From: Candidatus Obscuribacteraceae bacterium
Lineage (GTDB): Bacteria > Cyanobacteriota > Vampirovibrionia > Obscuribacterales > Obscuribacteraceae
Direction of reading: 5' to 3'
Length of the DNA stretch: 64,000 nt
NCBI GenBank assembly: GCA_044226015.1
Contig: JBGAHS010000005.1
Span: 384,001 to 448,000, forward strand
Shown in pieces: positions 39,258-50,209 of this stretch; the stretch's first letter is position 1; every line of letters starts with the position of its first letter. Both the position numbers and the translations under genes were made by a program. Under the pieces are notes generated by a model. It did not search any database, was not told where the DNA came from, and worked only from the letters and a program-made list of their open reading frames with translations.

Positions 39258-40759
39258 AGATATCGCACAAGTTGCTGTTTATGTTTTTGCTAGTGGCCGG
39301 CTTTGTTGTCGGCCTCATTTCCGTGGCAATTCATTTCAGCATCGCAAACGGCTTCTCTTCGTATCTTGCCAAGTCAGAAATCAAAACTCTTGATTTGATT
39401 CCTTCGATTTTGGCTCAATCTTATGAATCTAGTAATGGCTGGAAGAGTTTTGCCGATCCCAAATTTATGGAGTCAGTGATAAGAGAGAACGAAAATCATA
39501 ATAGTCCTCATCCTGGACCCTTTCCTCCTGATGGAGGTCCGCAGGGGAGTGATTTACAGCTTTCAGCAGAGTTGCCGACATCTTCCGGAATGCTACCTGA
39601 GCAGAAGGAGGAGTTCCCGCCAGCTTTTGAACCACCACCATTTCCTCCGTTTCGAATAGAGCTTTTCAAGCGCATCGGCATTTTTGATGAGAAGAAACAG
39701 CTACTGTGGGGAGAGGCAAAAGCTTTCGACTCCCGAGCCAGCCTGCCTATCATAAGTAAGGGTCAAATCGTTGGCTATGTGAATCTGGCAGCACCAGAGA
39801 AATTGAGTAGAGACCTCGAAAATGATTTTGTCGCTGAACAGAACAAAGCACTTATGGTGGTGGCAGTGCTCTCCTTTGGCTTAGCCACCATTTCTGCAAT
39901 CGTTTTGTCTCGCGATATTGTGAATGCAATTCAAGAATTGGTTCTTGCGACCCGCAGAATGAGTGCTGGTGATCTTTCGCATCCCCTGGATATTGTGAGA
40001 ACCGATGAGTTAGGACAATTAGCGAAAGACCTGAATTTTTTAGCTGCTACGCTCGACCAACATGATAGAGCTCATAAACAGTGGATCGCGGATACTTCTC
40101 ATGAGTTGCGAACACCGGTCGCTGTTTTACGAGCGCAGGTTGAGGCAATACAAGATGGAATTCAGGAACCTAATGAAAAGACAGTATCTATTCTTCACGA
40201 CGAAGTAATGACTCTGGGCAAGTTGATAGACGACTTGTACGATTTGGCAAGATATGATGTGAAGCAGCTGTTTTTTCAATTCGGACCTGTCGAGATTGGC
40301 AGTTTGTTGGCCGAAACAATTGATTCCTTCTCAGAGCGATTTGAAAAGAAAAGGATTCAAGTGCAGGTGTCTGAGCTTTCAAACACTAAGTTAGTAGTTA
40401 ATGCTGATGCTGCACGTTTGAAACAACTATTTGCAAATATCTTGGAGAATTCATTGAGGTATACAAATGAGGGAGGGCGATTAAAAATTCTCTGTAGTAT
40501 GGTGGCAGATTGGGTAAAGGTGTCATTCGATGACTCTGAACCCGGAGTGTCCGAAGATGCGCTTTTGAAAATATTTGAACGATTTTACAGGGTAGAGTCA
40601 TCACGTTCGAGAGTTTATGGTGGAAGTGGACTTGGGCTGTCCATTTCAAAAACAATCGCGGAAGGACATGGAGGAGTGCTGAAAGCTTCTCCCTCGGAAT
40701 TAGGTGGGTTGCGTTTGGAATTTAGTATTCCTGTAGCAGAGGTGAGCAAGAATGGCTGA
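39254..40759 (+). CDS. BaeS-like sensor histidine kinase
   Basis: Two TM helices, HAMP (DELGQLA), ADTSHELRTP..AIQDG, NILENSLRYT, GSGLGL. TTG start overlaps the upstream TGA. Confidence 0.9.
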   Translation: MKISHKLLFMFLLVAGFVVGLISVAIHFSIANGFSSYLAKSEIKTLDLIPSILAQSYESSNGWKSFADPKFMESVIRENENHNSPHPGPFPPDGGPQGSDLQLSAELPTSSGMLPEQKEEFPPAFEPPPFPPFRIELFKRIGIFDEKKQLLWGEAKAFDSRASLPIISKGQIVGYVNLAAPEKLSRDLENDFVAEQNKALMVVAVLSFGLATISAIVLSRDIVNAIQELVLATRRMSAGDLSHPLDIVRTDELGQLAKDLNFLAATLDQHDRAHKQWIADTSHELRTPVAVLRAQVEAIQDGIQEPNEKTVSILHDEVMTLGKLIDDLYDLARYDVKQLFFQFGPVEIGSLLAETIDSFSERFEKKRIQVQVSELSNTKLVVNADAARLKQLFANILENSLRYTNEGGRLKILCSMVADWVKVSFDDSEPGVSEDALLKIFERFYRVESSRSRVYGGSGLGLSISKTIAEGHGGVLKASPSELGGLRLEFSIPVAEVSKNG

Positions 40760-41435
40760 AGGGGAAGAGCACATTTTGATTGTGGAGGACGAAACTACAA
40801 TCGCTCAGATTTTACGAGAGTATTTAAGCAAAAATGGCTATAGAAGCACTCACTTGTCAGATGGACTCAATGTGATTGAAACTATAAAGTCTGATCCACC
40901 AGATTTGGTGCTTCTCGACCTTATGCTGCCTGGCAAGGATGGTCTGGAGGTCTGCAAGGAAATCAGGAAGTCTTCGTCCGTTCCTATCTTCATGCTCACT
41001 GCAAAAGTGGAAGAGATAGATCGTCTGTTAGGACTGGAATTGGGTGCGGACGATTATATTTGTAAGCCATTTAGCCCGCGTGAAGTAGTAGCTCGAATCA
41101 AAGCATTATTCCGTCGTATGAAGCAAGCCTCACATCCTGAACCCAAGAAAACTGGTTTTGAAATTGACGAAGCAGAAATGCGAATTTTCTATCAAGGTCA
41201 GCGACTTGATTTGACGCCAACTGAGTTTCGGCTCCTGCGATTGTTCATAAGTAATCCTGGGCGCGTTTATTCGAGGTCACAGTTGCTTGATTTGTGTTAC
41301 CAGCAAGAGCAGCTCATCATCGACAGGGTAATTGATAGCCACATCAAAAACCTTCGTAAGAAGATCGCAAAAGTATTAGACGAGCTTGAAGTGATTCACG
41401 CAGTGTATGGAATTGGATATCGGTTCGAGATGTAA
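40752..41435 (+). CDS. BaeR-like OmpR-family response regulator
   Basis: LDLMLPG, TAKVEEIDRLLGLELGADDYICKPFSPREVVAR, DRVIDSHIKNLR. Confidence 0.92.
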   Translation: MAEGEEHILIVEDETTIAQILREYLSKNGYRSTHLSDGLNVIETIKSDPPDLVLLDLMLPGKDGLEVCKEIRKSSSVPIFMLTAKVEEIDRLLGLELGADDYICKPFSPREVVARIKALFRRMKQASHPEPKKTGFEIDEAEMRIFYQGQRLDLTPTEFRLLRLFISNPGRVYSRSQLLDLCYQQEQLIIDRVIDSHIKNLRKKIAKVLDELEVIHAVYGIGYRFEM

Positions 41436-41462
41436 GCTATCGAATCCGTTAATATACCTGAA

Positions 41463-41508
41463 GCCGCCAGGATGGCGGCGCTCCCAGGCTAGTGGGCGGC
41501 GCTCCCAC
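41463..41508. repeat. REP-like palindromic element
   Basis: GCCGCCA-gga-TGGCGGC-GCTCCCAGG plus a second GGCGGCGCTCCCA; related copy at 56528. Confidence 0.55.
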
Positions 41509-41643
41509 GGACTTGAGCAAATGGTCAAATTGAATTGCATCTTTATGGAATCTTGATGCCACAGGACAAAAGGCACTTCCCGCTTATCCTGGCAGGTTTT
41601 CAGCCATCAGGTTCCATAAGTGCGAATCTATGGTTAGCATTCC

Positions 41644-41684
41644 TTTGCGCTTTATTTATACCTATCTTTGCGCCTTCTTTATGC
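41644..41684 (+). promoter_or_regulatory. Putative KdpE binding array
   Basis: TTTGCGC, TTTATAC, TTTGCGC, TTTATGC at 11/12/11 bp spacing upstream of kdpF; resembles the E. coli TTTATA..TTTACA half-sites. Confidence 0.6.
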
Positions 41685-41916
41685 GTGGCAAAACAATATT
41701 CTCACCTTCTTTATGTGTAAGGGGCTTAAATAGATATTGTTTTCCCCCTTTATTTAAGTGCTCTATGGGCGAATCTGAAGTCTTTTGCATTTTGTCAATT
41801 TCCTTTTCACTGATTGCCTTGAAAACAACGCAAGATTGTCTTGACCGAGTTGCCGATGCCATCGTGAAATCGCGAAACAAATCTGAGTGCCAGACTCAAA
41901 AAAGCAGGTGACTGGA

Positions 41917-42006
41917 ATGAACATTTTTGATGTGATTTATCCCACTCTAATGGTTTTGTTCTTTGCTGGTTGTTCTGCATACGTGAAAGCTTGTGAGCGA
42001 CTTTAG
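41917..42006 (+). CDS. Small hydrophobic peptide upstream of kdpF
   Basis: MNIFDVIYPTLMVLFFAGCSAYVKACERL, 29 aa, AGGTG RBS; below the track cutoff. Confidence 0.7.
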   Translation: MNIFDVIYPTLMVLFFAGCSAYVKACERL

Positions 42007-42017
42007 TCGAGCTTGCC

Positions 42018-42107
42018 ATGTCTTTTGATAACACCATTTGTCTTTCTTTTGCGCTGGCGCTGTCAGTGTATCTGTCGTACGCGCTATTGTTTCCCCATAA
42101 ATTTTAG
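42018..42107 (+). CDS. kdpF: K+-transporting ATPase subunit F
   Basis: MSFDNTICLSFALALSVYLSYALLFPHKF matches the KdpF YLxYALxxPExF pattern; immediately before kdpA. Confidence 0.85.
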   Translation: MSFDNTICLSFALALSVYLSYALLFPHKF

Positions 42108-42109
42108 TT

Positions 42110-43909
42110 GTGAGTCTTATGACCTCTTTTGGATGCTTGCAAATACTTTGTTTTTGTCTTGCTTTGATAATCGCCAGCAAACCACTTGGCTCGTATATGT
42201 ATCGTGTGTTTGAAGGTGCCTCTGGGTTAGAGTTCCGAATTCTTGGTCCCTTAGAGAAACTTTGCTACAAGCTGTTTGGCGTTGATGCGGAAGAGGAAAT
42301 GAGTTGGAGAGAATACGCTCTAGCTCTTTTAGCTTTCTCATTAGTTGGTGGGCTCTTCACTTATTTTGTGTTGCGACTACAAGGCTTCTTGCCTCTGAAT
42401 CCCATGCATTTTTCGACATCCAACGCGCCTTCCTTTGCTAGTTCTATGTCGCCCGACCTGGCGTTCAATACGGCAGTGTCGTTTTTGACGAATACTAACT
42501 GGCAAAACTATTCTGGCGAGAGCACACTTTCCTATTTGAGCCAGATGCTTGGTCTTTCTTATCATAATTGGATTTCAGCAGCTGTGGGAATGGTTGCGTG
42601 TGTTGCTCTTTCTAGGGGCTTTTGCAGGCATTCGGCAAGTACAATTGGGAACTTTTGGAAGGACCTAACTCGAAGCCTGCTCTATATCTTTCTTCCTATT
42701 CTTTTCGTTTATTCACTCTTTCTTGTGTCTCAAGGCGTAATTCAAAATTTTGAGCCTTATACGGTGGTGAAGACTGTTGAAGGCGCATCACAGGTGCTTC
42801 CTCAAGGTCCCGTGGCTACACAAGAAGCAGTCAAAATGCTGGGTGTAAACGGGGGAGGTTTTTTTAACGCGAATAGTGCACACCCGTTTGAAAATCCGAC
42901 TCCAATTTCTAACTTCGTACAGATGCTCTCGATCTTTCTCTTGCCTTCTGCGATGACTTTTATGTTCGGAAAAATGGTGAAAGACACCCGGCAGGGTTGG
43001 GCGCTTTTCGCTGTGATGTTTGCCTTGTTCTTGGCTGGAACACTGTTTTGCTACAACGCTGAGTCATACCCTTCTTCCCAATTTGAGAAGAACAAGATAG
43101 AGACTTCTACAGCTGTACTTGGGGATCTTGGTGGCAACATGGAGGGGAAGGAGCTTCGATTTGGACTTGCAAATTCAGCGCTATTTGCCTGCGTCACAAC
43201 TGATGCTAGTTGTGGGGCAGTAAATTGTATGCATGATTCCCTAACTCCAATTGGTGGTCTAGTAACTTTATTGAACATTCAATTGGGAGAAATTGTATTT
43301 GGTGGTGTAGGCTCAGGCTTATACGGAATGCTGGTATTTGCAGTGATTACTGTTTTCATAGCAGGGTTGATGGTTGGAAGAACGCCTGAATACCTCGGTA
43401 AGAAAATTGAGCAAAAGGACGTGAAGATGTGCATGCTATTTGTGTTGATTGCATGCTTTTCGATTCTCTTTTTTAGTGCTGTTGCTGCTGTTACTGTGTT
43501 GCCACAGAACAGCGTATTGAACGCCTTTGGTCCGCTCTACAGAAATACAGGCAACGCGGGACCTCACGGACTCTCTGAACTGATTTATTGTTTTTCGTCA
43601 GCCACTGGAAACAATGGCTCTGCATTTGCCGGACTTTCTGCAAATACACCGTTTTACAATGTCGCAATTGCAATCGCGATGTTGCTCGGACGTTTTCTCA
43701 TGATGGTGCCGGTTCTGGCTCTGGCGGGAACACTTGCTTCAAAGAAATACACGCCACCCACACCAGGTACTTTTCCTACTCATGGTCCGCTGTTTGTTGT
43801 CCTGCTCATAAGCATCATTTTGATCGTTGGGGCGCTGACATTCTTTCCTGCTTTGACATTGGGCCCGATAGCAGAACATTTTCTGATGCAGTCAAATCGA
43901 CTCTTTTAA
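42110..43909 (+). CDS. kdpA: K+-transporting ATPase subunit A
   Basis: [51 protein letters not shown]. The start may be ATG 42119. Confidence 0.97.
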   Translation: MSLMTSFGCLQILCFCLALIIASKPLGSYMYRVFEGASGLEFRILGPLEKLCYKLFGVDAEEEMSWREYALALLAFSLVGGLFTYFVLRLQGFLPLNPMHFSTSNAPSFASSMSPDLAFNTAVSFLTNTNWQNYSGESTLSYLSQMLGLSYHNWISAAVGMVACVALSRGFCRHSASTIGNFWKDLTRSLLYIFLPILFVYSLFLVSQGVIQNFEPYTVVKTVEGASQVLPQGPVATQEAVKMLGVNGGGFFNANSAHPFENPTPISNFVQMLSIFLLPSAMTFMFGKMVKDTRQGWALFAVMFALFLAGTLFCYNAESYPSSQFEKNKIETSTAVLGDLGGNMEGKELRFGLANSALFACVTTDASCGAVNCMHDSLTPIGGLVTLLNIQLGEIVFGGVGSGLYGMLVFAVITVFIAGLMVGRTPEYLGKKIEQKDVKMCMLFVLIACFSILFFSAVAAVTVLPQNSVLNAFGPLYRNTGNAGPHGLSELIYCFSSATGNNGSAFAGLSANTPFYNVAIAIAMLLGRFLMMVPVLALAGTLASKKYTPPTPGTFPTHGPLFVVLLISIILIVGALTFFPALTLGPIAEHFLMQSNRLF

Positions 43910-43919
43910 GGACAGAACA

Positions 43920-46061
43920 ATGGTTGAAACAATTTCAATTACTCCTCAGACCGAGAAAAAGAAGAAGGCTATTCTCAATAACAGGGACGTTCTTAAACGT
44001 GCTGTTTTTGAAGCTTTTAGAAAGCTGCACCCGGCTAACATGGCAAAGAACCCCGTCATGATGGTAGTTGAGGTGGGGTCATTCTTAACAACGGCTTTCT
44101 TTGTTCGAGACTGTGTACAACATGCTAGCTCTGCACCGCTTTTATTTGAGGGACAGATTTGTTTCTGGCTCTGGAGTACTGTTTTATTTGCAAACTTCTC
44201 CGAAGCTATTGCCGAGGGGCGTGGCAAAGCCCAAGCCGATACTTTGCGAAAGAGCCGTAAGGACACAACGGCAAGGCGAGAAATTAAGAAAGGACAGTAT
44301 GAAACTGTAGCGGCTACACAACTTCAGAAGAACGATATCGTTTACGTCGAGGCAGGAGAAATAATACCGAGTGACGGAGACGTCATCGAAGGAGTCGCTA
44401 GCGTCGACGAAAGCGCTATAACCGGTGAATCAGCCCCGGTTATTCGCGAGAGCGGTGGCGATCGAAGCGCCGTCACAGGTGGTACCACAGTTTTGTCTGA
44501 TTGGCTGAGAGTCAAAATCACTGTTCAGCCAGGTGAGACTTTTATGGATCGTATGATCTCTCTGGTTGAAGGCGCAGAACGGCAGAAAACGCCTAACGAA
44601 ATAGCGCTCAATATACTTCTTGCGGGTTTGACTCTAGTCTTTCTGCTTGCGGTGGTGACTCTTTTGCCGTTTTCCCTATTCTCAGTGAGGGAAGCTCAGT
44701 CTGGCTCCGCTCCTGACTCGTTCTCACTAATAGCTCTGTTAGTTTGTTTGATTCCCACGACAATAGGTGGGCTTCTGTCTGCAATTGGAATCGCCGGAAT
44801 GGACAGAGTCTTGCAACATAACGTACTTGCAATGAGTGGTAAAGCTATCGAAGCAGCCGGCGATGTAGATACACTCTTGCTCGATAAGACAGGAACCATC
44901 ACTCTGGGAAATCGGCAGGCGGTAGAGTTTATTCCAGCGCCTGGTGTGAGCATAAATGTTTTGGCTGATGCTGCACAGCTTTCTTCACTTACTGATGAGA
45001 CACCAGAAGGACGCTCTATCGTTGCTCTGGCTAAGAACCAATTCAATCTTCGTGAAAGACAGCTGGCCTCAATAGATGCCGAATTTATCTCATTTAGCGC
45101 TCAGACCAGAATGAGTGGTGTGAATGTTGAAGGCAAAATGATAAGAAAAGGTGCGGCTGATAGTATCTTCAAATTTGTTAAAGAGTTGGGTTTAGCTATT
45201 CCTCGCGAAGTAGAGATGGAAGTAGCCAGGGTTGCTCAAGCGGGCGGAACGCCGCTGGTGACAGCTGACAATCAAAAAGGTGTGTTGGGCGTCATCTATT
45301 TGAAGGATGTCGTCAAAGGTGGAATGAAGGAACGGTTTTCACAGCTTCGTGAGATGGGCATTCGCACCATAATGATTACCGGAGACAATCCGCTAACTGC
45401 CGCTGCAATCGCTTCAGAAGCTGGTGTAGATGACTTTCTTGCTGAAGCAACACCTGAAAACAAAATGCAATTGATAAGGCGCGAACAGGCTGGGGGAAGG
45501 CTGGTCGCTATGACGGGCGACGGTACAAATGATGCTCCTGCACTGGCTGCAGCCGATGTGGGGTTAGCGATGAATTCGGGAACCCAGGCTGCCAAAGAGG
45601 CAGGCAACATGATTGACCTTGATTCTAACCCTACGAAGCTAATCGAGGTTGTACAAATTGGAAAGCAATTGTTGATGACTCGTGGTGCTTTAACTACATT
45701 TTCAATTGCAAATGATGTAGCAAAATATTTCGCTATTTTGCCAGCTATGTTTGCTGCTATTTATGTTCTTCCGGAGACGAATAAAGGTGCTCTCTGGGCG
45801 CTGAATATCATGGGACTTCACTCTCCTCAGTCTGCTATTTTGGCTGCGGTAATTTTTAATGCTTTGATTATCGTCGCTCTCATACCACTTGCTCTGAGAG
45901 GAGTGGCTTATAAGCCCATGAGCGCCGAATCACTCTTGTGGAGGAACCTTCTAGTTTACGGGTTGGGAGGACTGATTGTTCCTTTTCCAGGAATTTGGTT
46001 TCTTGACCAGTGTCTTGTAATTTTCGGACTGGCACCGGCAACGGTGGCGGGAGGTGTCTAA
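43920..46061 (+). CDS. kdpB: K+-transporting ATPase subunit B
   Basis: [29 protein letters not shown]. Confidence 0.98.
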   Translation: MVETISITPQTEKKKKAILNNRDVLKRAVFEAFRKLHPANMAKNPVMMVVEVGSFLTTAFFVRDCVQHASSAPLLFEGQICFWLWSTVLFANFSEAIAEGRGKAQADTLRKSRKDTTARREIKKGQYETVAATQLQKNDIVYVEAGEIIPSDGDVIEGVASVDESAITGESAPVIRESGGDRSAVTGGTTVLSDWLRVKITVQPGETFMDRMISLVEGAERQKTPNEIALNILLAGLTLVFLLAVVTLLPFSLFSVREAQSGSAPDSFSLIALLVCLIPTTIGGLLSAIGIAGMDRVLQHNVLAMSGKAIEAAGDVDTLLLDKTGTITLGNRQAVEFIPAPGVSINVLADAAQLSSLTDETPEGRSIVALAKNQFNLRERQLASIDAEFISFSAQTRMSGVNVEGKMIRKGAADSIFKFVKELGLAIPREVEMEVARVAQAGGTPLVTADNQKGVLGVIYLKDVVKGGMKERFSQLREMGIRTIMITGDNPLTAAAIASEAGVDDFLAEATPENKMQLIRREQAGGRLVAMTGDGTNDAPALAAADVGLAMNSGTQAAKEAGNMIDLDSNPTKLIEVVQIGKQLLMTRGALTTFSIANDVAKYFAILPAMFAAIYVLPETNKGALWALNIMGLHSPQSAILAAVIFNALIIVALIPLALRGVAYKPMSAESLLWRNLLVYGLGGLIVPFPGIWFLDQCLVIFGLAPATVAGGV

Positions 46062-46681
46062 TGTTTCGTCATTTGCTTCCAGCAATAAGGGCAACTATTT
46101 TAATAGCATTACTGACTGGTATCGTTTTTCCAATCTCTGTGACTATCTTGAGCACTGTATTTTTCAATGAGCAAGCCAAAGGTTCATTGATTCGAAATGC
46201 GACTGGCGAAGTCATTGGGTCAAGTCTTATTGGACAAGGATTTTCGCGTCCTGAGTATTTTCATCCGCGTCCGTCGGCGGCAGGCTCTGGTTATGCCGGC
46301 GAGGCGTCTGCAGGCAGTAACTTGGGACCCACGTCGCGAAAGTTGTTTGAAGGGCTAACGGATGACCCCGCAACCGCTGCCAATGAGTCGTTTGATGGCG
46401 TCAAACAATTGAGTGACACCTATAGAACGGAAAATCGTCTTTCTGAAAGTGAGAAAGTTCCGGTCGATGCTGTCAGCAGGTCTGCGTCAGGATTAGATCC
46501 ACACATTTCCTTTGCCAATGCACTCTTTCAATCTCGCCGGGTATCGGAGTGTCGTAAAGTACCAATTGAAAAAATTCGAGCGTTAGTAGAAAGCCATCTG
46601 GAAGGGAGGCAACTAGGTTTTATTGGCGAACCTCGAATAAATGTTCTTCAGTTAAATTTGGCGCTTGATCAGGCAAGGTGA
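46061..46681 (+). CDS. kdpC: K+-transporting ATPase subunit C
   Basis: GSSLIGQ, YFHPRPSA, SNLGP, SASGLDPHIS, INVLQLNLALD. ATG overlaps the kdpB TAA. Confidence 0.96.
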   Translation: MFRHLLPAIRATILIALLTGIVFPISVTILSTVFFNEQAKGSLIRNATGEVIGSSLIGQGFSRPEYFHPRPSAAGSGYAGEASAGSNLGPTSRKLFEGLTDDPATAANESFDGVKQLSDTYRTENRLSESEKVPVDAVSRSASGLDPHISFANALFQSRRVSECRKVPIEKIRALVESHLEGRQLGFIGEPRINVLQLNLALDQAR

Positions 46682-46690
46682 TTATAGAAA

Positions 46691-49393
46691 ATGAACCCGC
46701 GTCCCGACCCTGAAGCTCTATTGTTTCGCATCTCACAAAGTGATGCGCACGATAAAAAGGGTCGGCTAAAGATCTTTTTTGGTGCTGCAGCCGGAGTTGG
46801 AAAAACTTATTCCATGCTTGAGGCCGCTCATAAGATCAAGGCTCAGGGGCGCGACGTGCTTGTTGGATTTGTTGAAACGCACGGACGCAAAGAAACAGAG
46901 AGTCTTCTGCTTGGGCACGAGGTTTTGCCTCCGCAACAAGTTGAATACAAAGGTACGTCAATCAAAGAGTTCGATATTGATGCCGCACTGCGGCGAAAGC
47001 CCGAACTCATACTTGTTGATGAGTTGGCTCATACGAATGCTTTTGGTTGCAGGCATGCAAAACGCTGGCAAGATGTTCAGGAACTGCTAGAGAACGGAAT
47101 TGATGTATACACGACACTAAATGTGCAGCACGTTGAAAGTTTGCATGATGTTGTGGCGCAAGTAACTCGTGTCTCTGTTCGTGAACGAGTCCCGGATGTT
47201 TTTCTTGAGAAAGCTCAGGAAATTGAGCTGGTTGATTTGCCACCAGATGAATTGCTGCAGCGTATGCGAGAAGGGAAGGTTTACATCCCCGAAAAAGCAA
47301 AGTCTGCACTCGAGAATTTTTTCCGAAAAGGAAACTTGATTGCTCTGAGGGAATTGGGGCTTCGATATCTGGCAACTCGAGTTGAATCCGATATGGATGC
47401 CTATCGGCAGAGCCATGCAATCAAGCATCCATGGCCAGCTAGCGAGCGAATATTGGTTTGTATTAGTCCGAGCCCGTTGGCTTTTCGTTTGGTTCGAGCA
47501 GGAAAGAGAATGGCCGATGCGTTAAGAGCACGCTGGACTGTCTTGTATGTAGAGGGGCTCAGTAACGGACCTATTTCACGAAGCGACCGAGATTCTGTAG
47601 TTCAAACCTTACGCCTTGCAGAGCAGTTGGGTGCCGAGACAATTGAGCTATCTGGTGTGAATATAGCAGAAGAGATCATTCGCAGTGCTCTCCAATACAA
47701 TGTATCCAAAATAATCATAGGTAAATCTTGTCGCTCAAAGTTGCGCGAAATTATCTATGGAAACATCGTAGATAGCGTCATCAGGCAGAGTGGTGCCATC
47801 GATGTTTATGTAATTACAGGCGATGACTTAGCACCTGTTCCCACTAAAGAGCCCATATTTAGAAATGGTAGTGCACCTGCTTATGATTCTTATCCTCAAG
47901 CGTTTGCTGTCATAATTTTTTTCACGCTTATTGCAAAATGGATGACCAATCACTTTGAATTATCAAATGTCGTCATGTTCTATTTGCTTGGTGTCATCTT
48001 CGTGGCTATGCGCTTCGGGCGGGGTCCATCTATCATGGCTTCCATTTTTAGTGTGGCTGCATTCGATTTTTTCTGTGTCCCTCCCTATTTCACATTCGCT
48101 GTATCAGATACGCAATATCTAATCACATTCATGGTTATGCTTATCGTTGCGCTGATAACGAGCACTCTCATGGTGACCATAAAGGCCCAGGCAGAGTCTG
48201 CTCGCTTGCGTGAGATTCGCACAGCTGCATTGTATTCAATGAGCCGCGACCTTTCATCTGCTCTGGATACAAATAACCTATTGAGCATAGGACTAAAGCA
48301 CCTTTCTGATGTTTTCAATTGTCAGTGTGCAGTGTTCTTGATTGCTGCCAACGGTGAGTTGAAACTGGCGTGCCAGGCGGAAGGAGAACATTGTTTAAGT
48401 GATTTTTCAGAGGGGATTGCATCCTGGGTCGTCCAGAACCGTCAGTCAGCTGGTTTAGGTACAGCTACTCTTCCAGGTGGTTCTGAACTCTATCTTCCAT
48501 TGCTATCTGGTCAAAACTGTATGGGAGTACTTGTTGTTAAGCCGGTTCATAAAGACAGGCTCGGGACCAGTGAGCAATTTAGATTGCTTGAGACTTTCGC
48601 TAATCAAATTTCTTTAGCATGCGGACGCTCAATACTTGCTGATGAAAGTGAGCGGGCTAGATTGCAGGTGAAGACTGAGCAGATGCGAAACTCACTCCTG
48701 AGCTCCGTTTCGCATGATTTAAGAACTCCACTTGCCACCATTGCTGGAGCCGCAAGCAGCATCTTGGAAGAGAAAGAGGTGTTCGACAAAGTTCAGTGTT
48801 TAGAGCTTGTCAGTGAAATCTACTCAGAATCGATGAGGTTGAATCGCCTTGTTTCAAATCTGCTTGAGATGACAAAGCTGGAGTCAAAAACTCTCATACT
48901 GAAGAGGGAATACCTTCCCGCAGATGAAGTTGTTGGAGCTGCGCTGACCTACATGGAAGACAGGTTGGGAGATCATCCCATTGAAACCGATATTCAGCCA
49001 GGGTTGCCACTTCTTGTGGTTGATTCCATTCTGATTCACCAGGTACTAATTAACCTGCTAGAAAATGCTGTCAAATATTCCGATGATGGCAGCACAATTA
49101 AAGTGGGTGCCTATGAACATGACGACGTAGTTGTGTTGTTTGTAGCCGATCATGGTTCTGGTATTCAATTACAGGATAGAGAGAAGGTTTTTGAAAAGTT
49201 CTATAGAGCTGATAACGCGAGGTCAAAAGGTGCAGGATTGGGGCTGGCAATATGCTTTGGCATTGTTGAGGCCCATGAAGGAAAAATATGGGTTGAAGAC
49301 ACCGCTGGGGGTGGTGCGACTTTCAAGTTTACAGTTAAGACCATGCAAGAAAGCAGTTTCTTGCCATCAAGCGAAGAAAATGAGTTGGAGTAG
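46691..49393 (+). CDS. kdpD: Sensor histidine kinase KdpD
   Basis: GAAAGVGKT, VDELAHTN, Usp domain, four TM helices, GAF, SHDLRTPL. Confidence 0.97.
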   Translation: MNPRPDPEALLFRISQSDAHDKKGRLKIFFGAAAGVGKTYSMLEAAHKIKAQGRDVLVGFVETHGRKETESLLLGHEVLPPQQVEYKGTSIKEFDIDAALRRKPELILVDELAHTNAFGCRHAKRWQDVQELLENGIDVYTTLNVQHVESLHDVVAQVTRVSVRERVPDVFLEKAQEIELVDLPPDELLQRMREGKVYIPEKAKSALENFFRKGNLIALRELGLRYLATRVESDMDAYRQSHAIKHPWPASERILVCISPSPLAFRLVRAGKRMADALRARWTVLYVEGLSNGPISRSDRDSVVQTLRLAEQLGAETIELSGVNIAEEIIRSALQYNVSKIIIGKSCRSKLREIIYGNIVDSVIRQSGAIDVYVITGDDLAPVPTKEPIFRNGSAPAYDSYPQAFAVIIFFTLIAKWMTNHFELSNVVMFYLLGVIFVAMRFGRGPSIMASIFSVAAFDFFCVPPYFTFAVSDTQYLITFMVMLIVALITSTLMVTIKAQAESARLREIRTAALYSMSRDLSSALDTNNLLSIGLKHLSDVFNCQCAVFLIAANGELKLACQAEGEHCLSDFSEGIASWVVQNRQSAGLGTATLPGGSELYLPLLSGQNCMGVLVVKPVHKDRLGTSEQFRLLETFANQISLACGRSILADESERARLQVKTEQMRNSLLSSVSHDLRTPLATIAGAASSILEEKEVFDKVQCLELVSEIYSESMRLNRLVSNLLEMTKLESKTLILKREYLPADEVVGAALTYMEDRLGDHPIETDIQPGLPLLVVDSILIHQVLINLLENAVKYSDDGSTIKVGAYEHDDVVVLFVADHGSGIQLQDREKVFEKFYRADNARSKGAGLGLAICFGIVEAHEGKIWVEDTAGGGATFKFTVKTMQESSFLPSSEENELE

Positions 49394-49397
49394 ACCT

Positions 49398-50093
49398 ATG
49401 GCAGAGAGTCATCAAATTTTGGTTATTGAAGATGAGGTTCCCATCAGGCGCTTCTTACGTCTTGCTCTTATGGATAAAGGCTATCGATTTTCTGAAGCCT
49501 CTTCGGGTAAGGAAGGCTTAGTGAAAATTGCTAACGACCAGCCCGATCTTGTGATTCTTGATCTGGGCTTGCCTGATATGGATGGATTAGAGGTCACCAG
49601 GCAAATTCGCGAGTGGAGTCAAATTCCAGTAATTGTCTTATCAGCCAGGTTGACCGAGCAGGATAAAGTAAATGCTCTTGATTCTGGGGCAGATGACTAT
49701 TTGACTAAACCATTTGGCGTGCCGGAGTTGCTTGCAAGAATTAGAGTCGCATTGAGACATTTCAGGCAAAGTGAGGTGGGTTCTGAACTTTCTGAATTCT
49801 CTTTTGGTAACGTGACAGTGGACTTTGGACGCAGGCTGGTTATGCTTGATGGAAACGAAGTAAAGCTTACTCGAATTGAGTACAAGCTGTTGCAGACTTT
49901 AGTCAAGTATGCCGGTAGAGTTGTGACTCACAACCAGCTCTTGCGAGAAGTCTGGGGAATCAACTTCAATGAAGACAGCAACTATCTTCGTGTTTATATG
50001 GCACATCTGAGGAGAAAGCTTGAGGCAGACTCGGCAAGACCGAAATACCTTGTCACCGAAGCTGGTGTCGGATACAGATTGAAGACGGGATAG
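49398..50093 (+). CDS. kdpE: Response regulator KdpE
   Basis: LDLGLPDMDG, GADDYLTKPF, YLRVYMAHLRRKLE. GGAG RBS before ATG 49398. Confidence 0.95.
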   Translation: MAESHQILVIEDEVPIRRFLRLALMDKGYRFSEASSGKEGLVKIANDQPDLVILDLGLPDMDGLEVTRQIREWSQIPVIVLSARLTEQDKVNALDSGADDYLTKPFGVPELLARIRVALRHFRQSEVGSELSEFSFGNVTVDFGRRLVMLDGNEVKLTRIEYKLLQTLVKYAGRVVTHNQLLREVWGINFNEDSNYLRVYMAHLRRKLEADSARPKYLVTEAGVGYRLKTG

Positions 50094-50209
50094 TTAGTTG
50101 CCGCTCCGTACCCGCGCAGCGGTGTCAGATTTTTCCACAAATCTATGGAGCGCCTGGCAGTCCTTTTGAATCTGCTAAAACAGCCCCGCGTTGATTCTCG
50201 GTCTTAAAC

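Noticed and set aside
41700..41916. c-di-AMP (ydaO) riboswitch before kdp
   Set aside because: The conserved GCTGAATCC and GGAACC/GGGG elements are not recognisable by eye.
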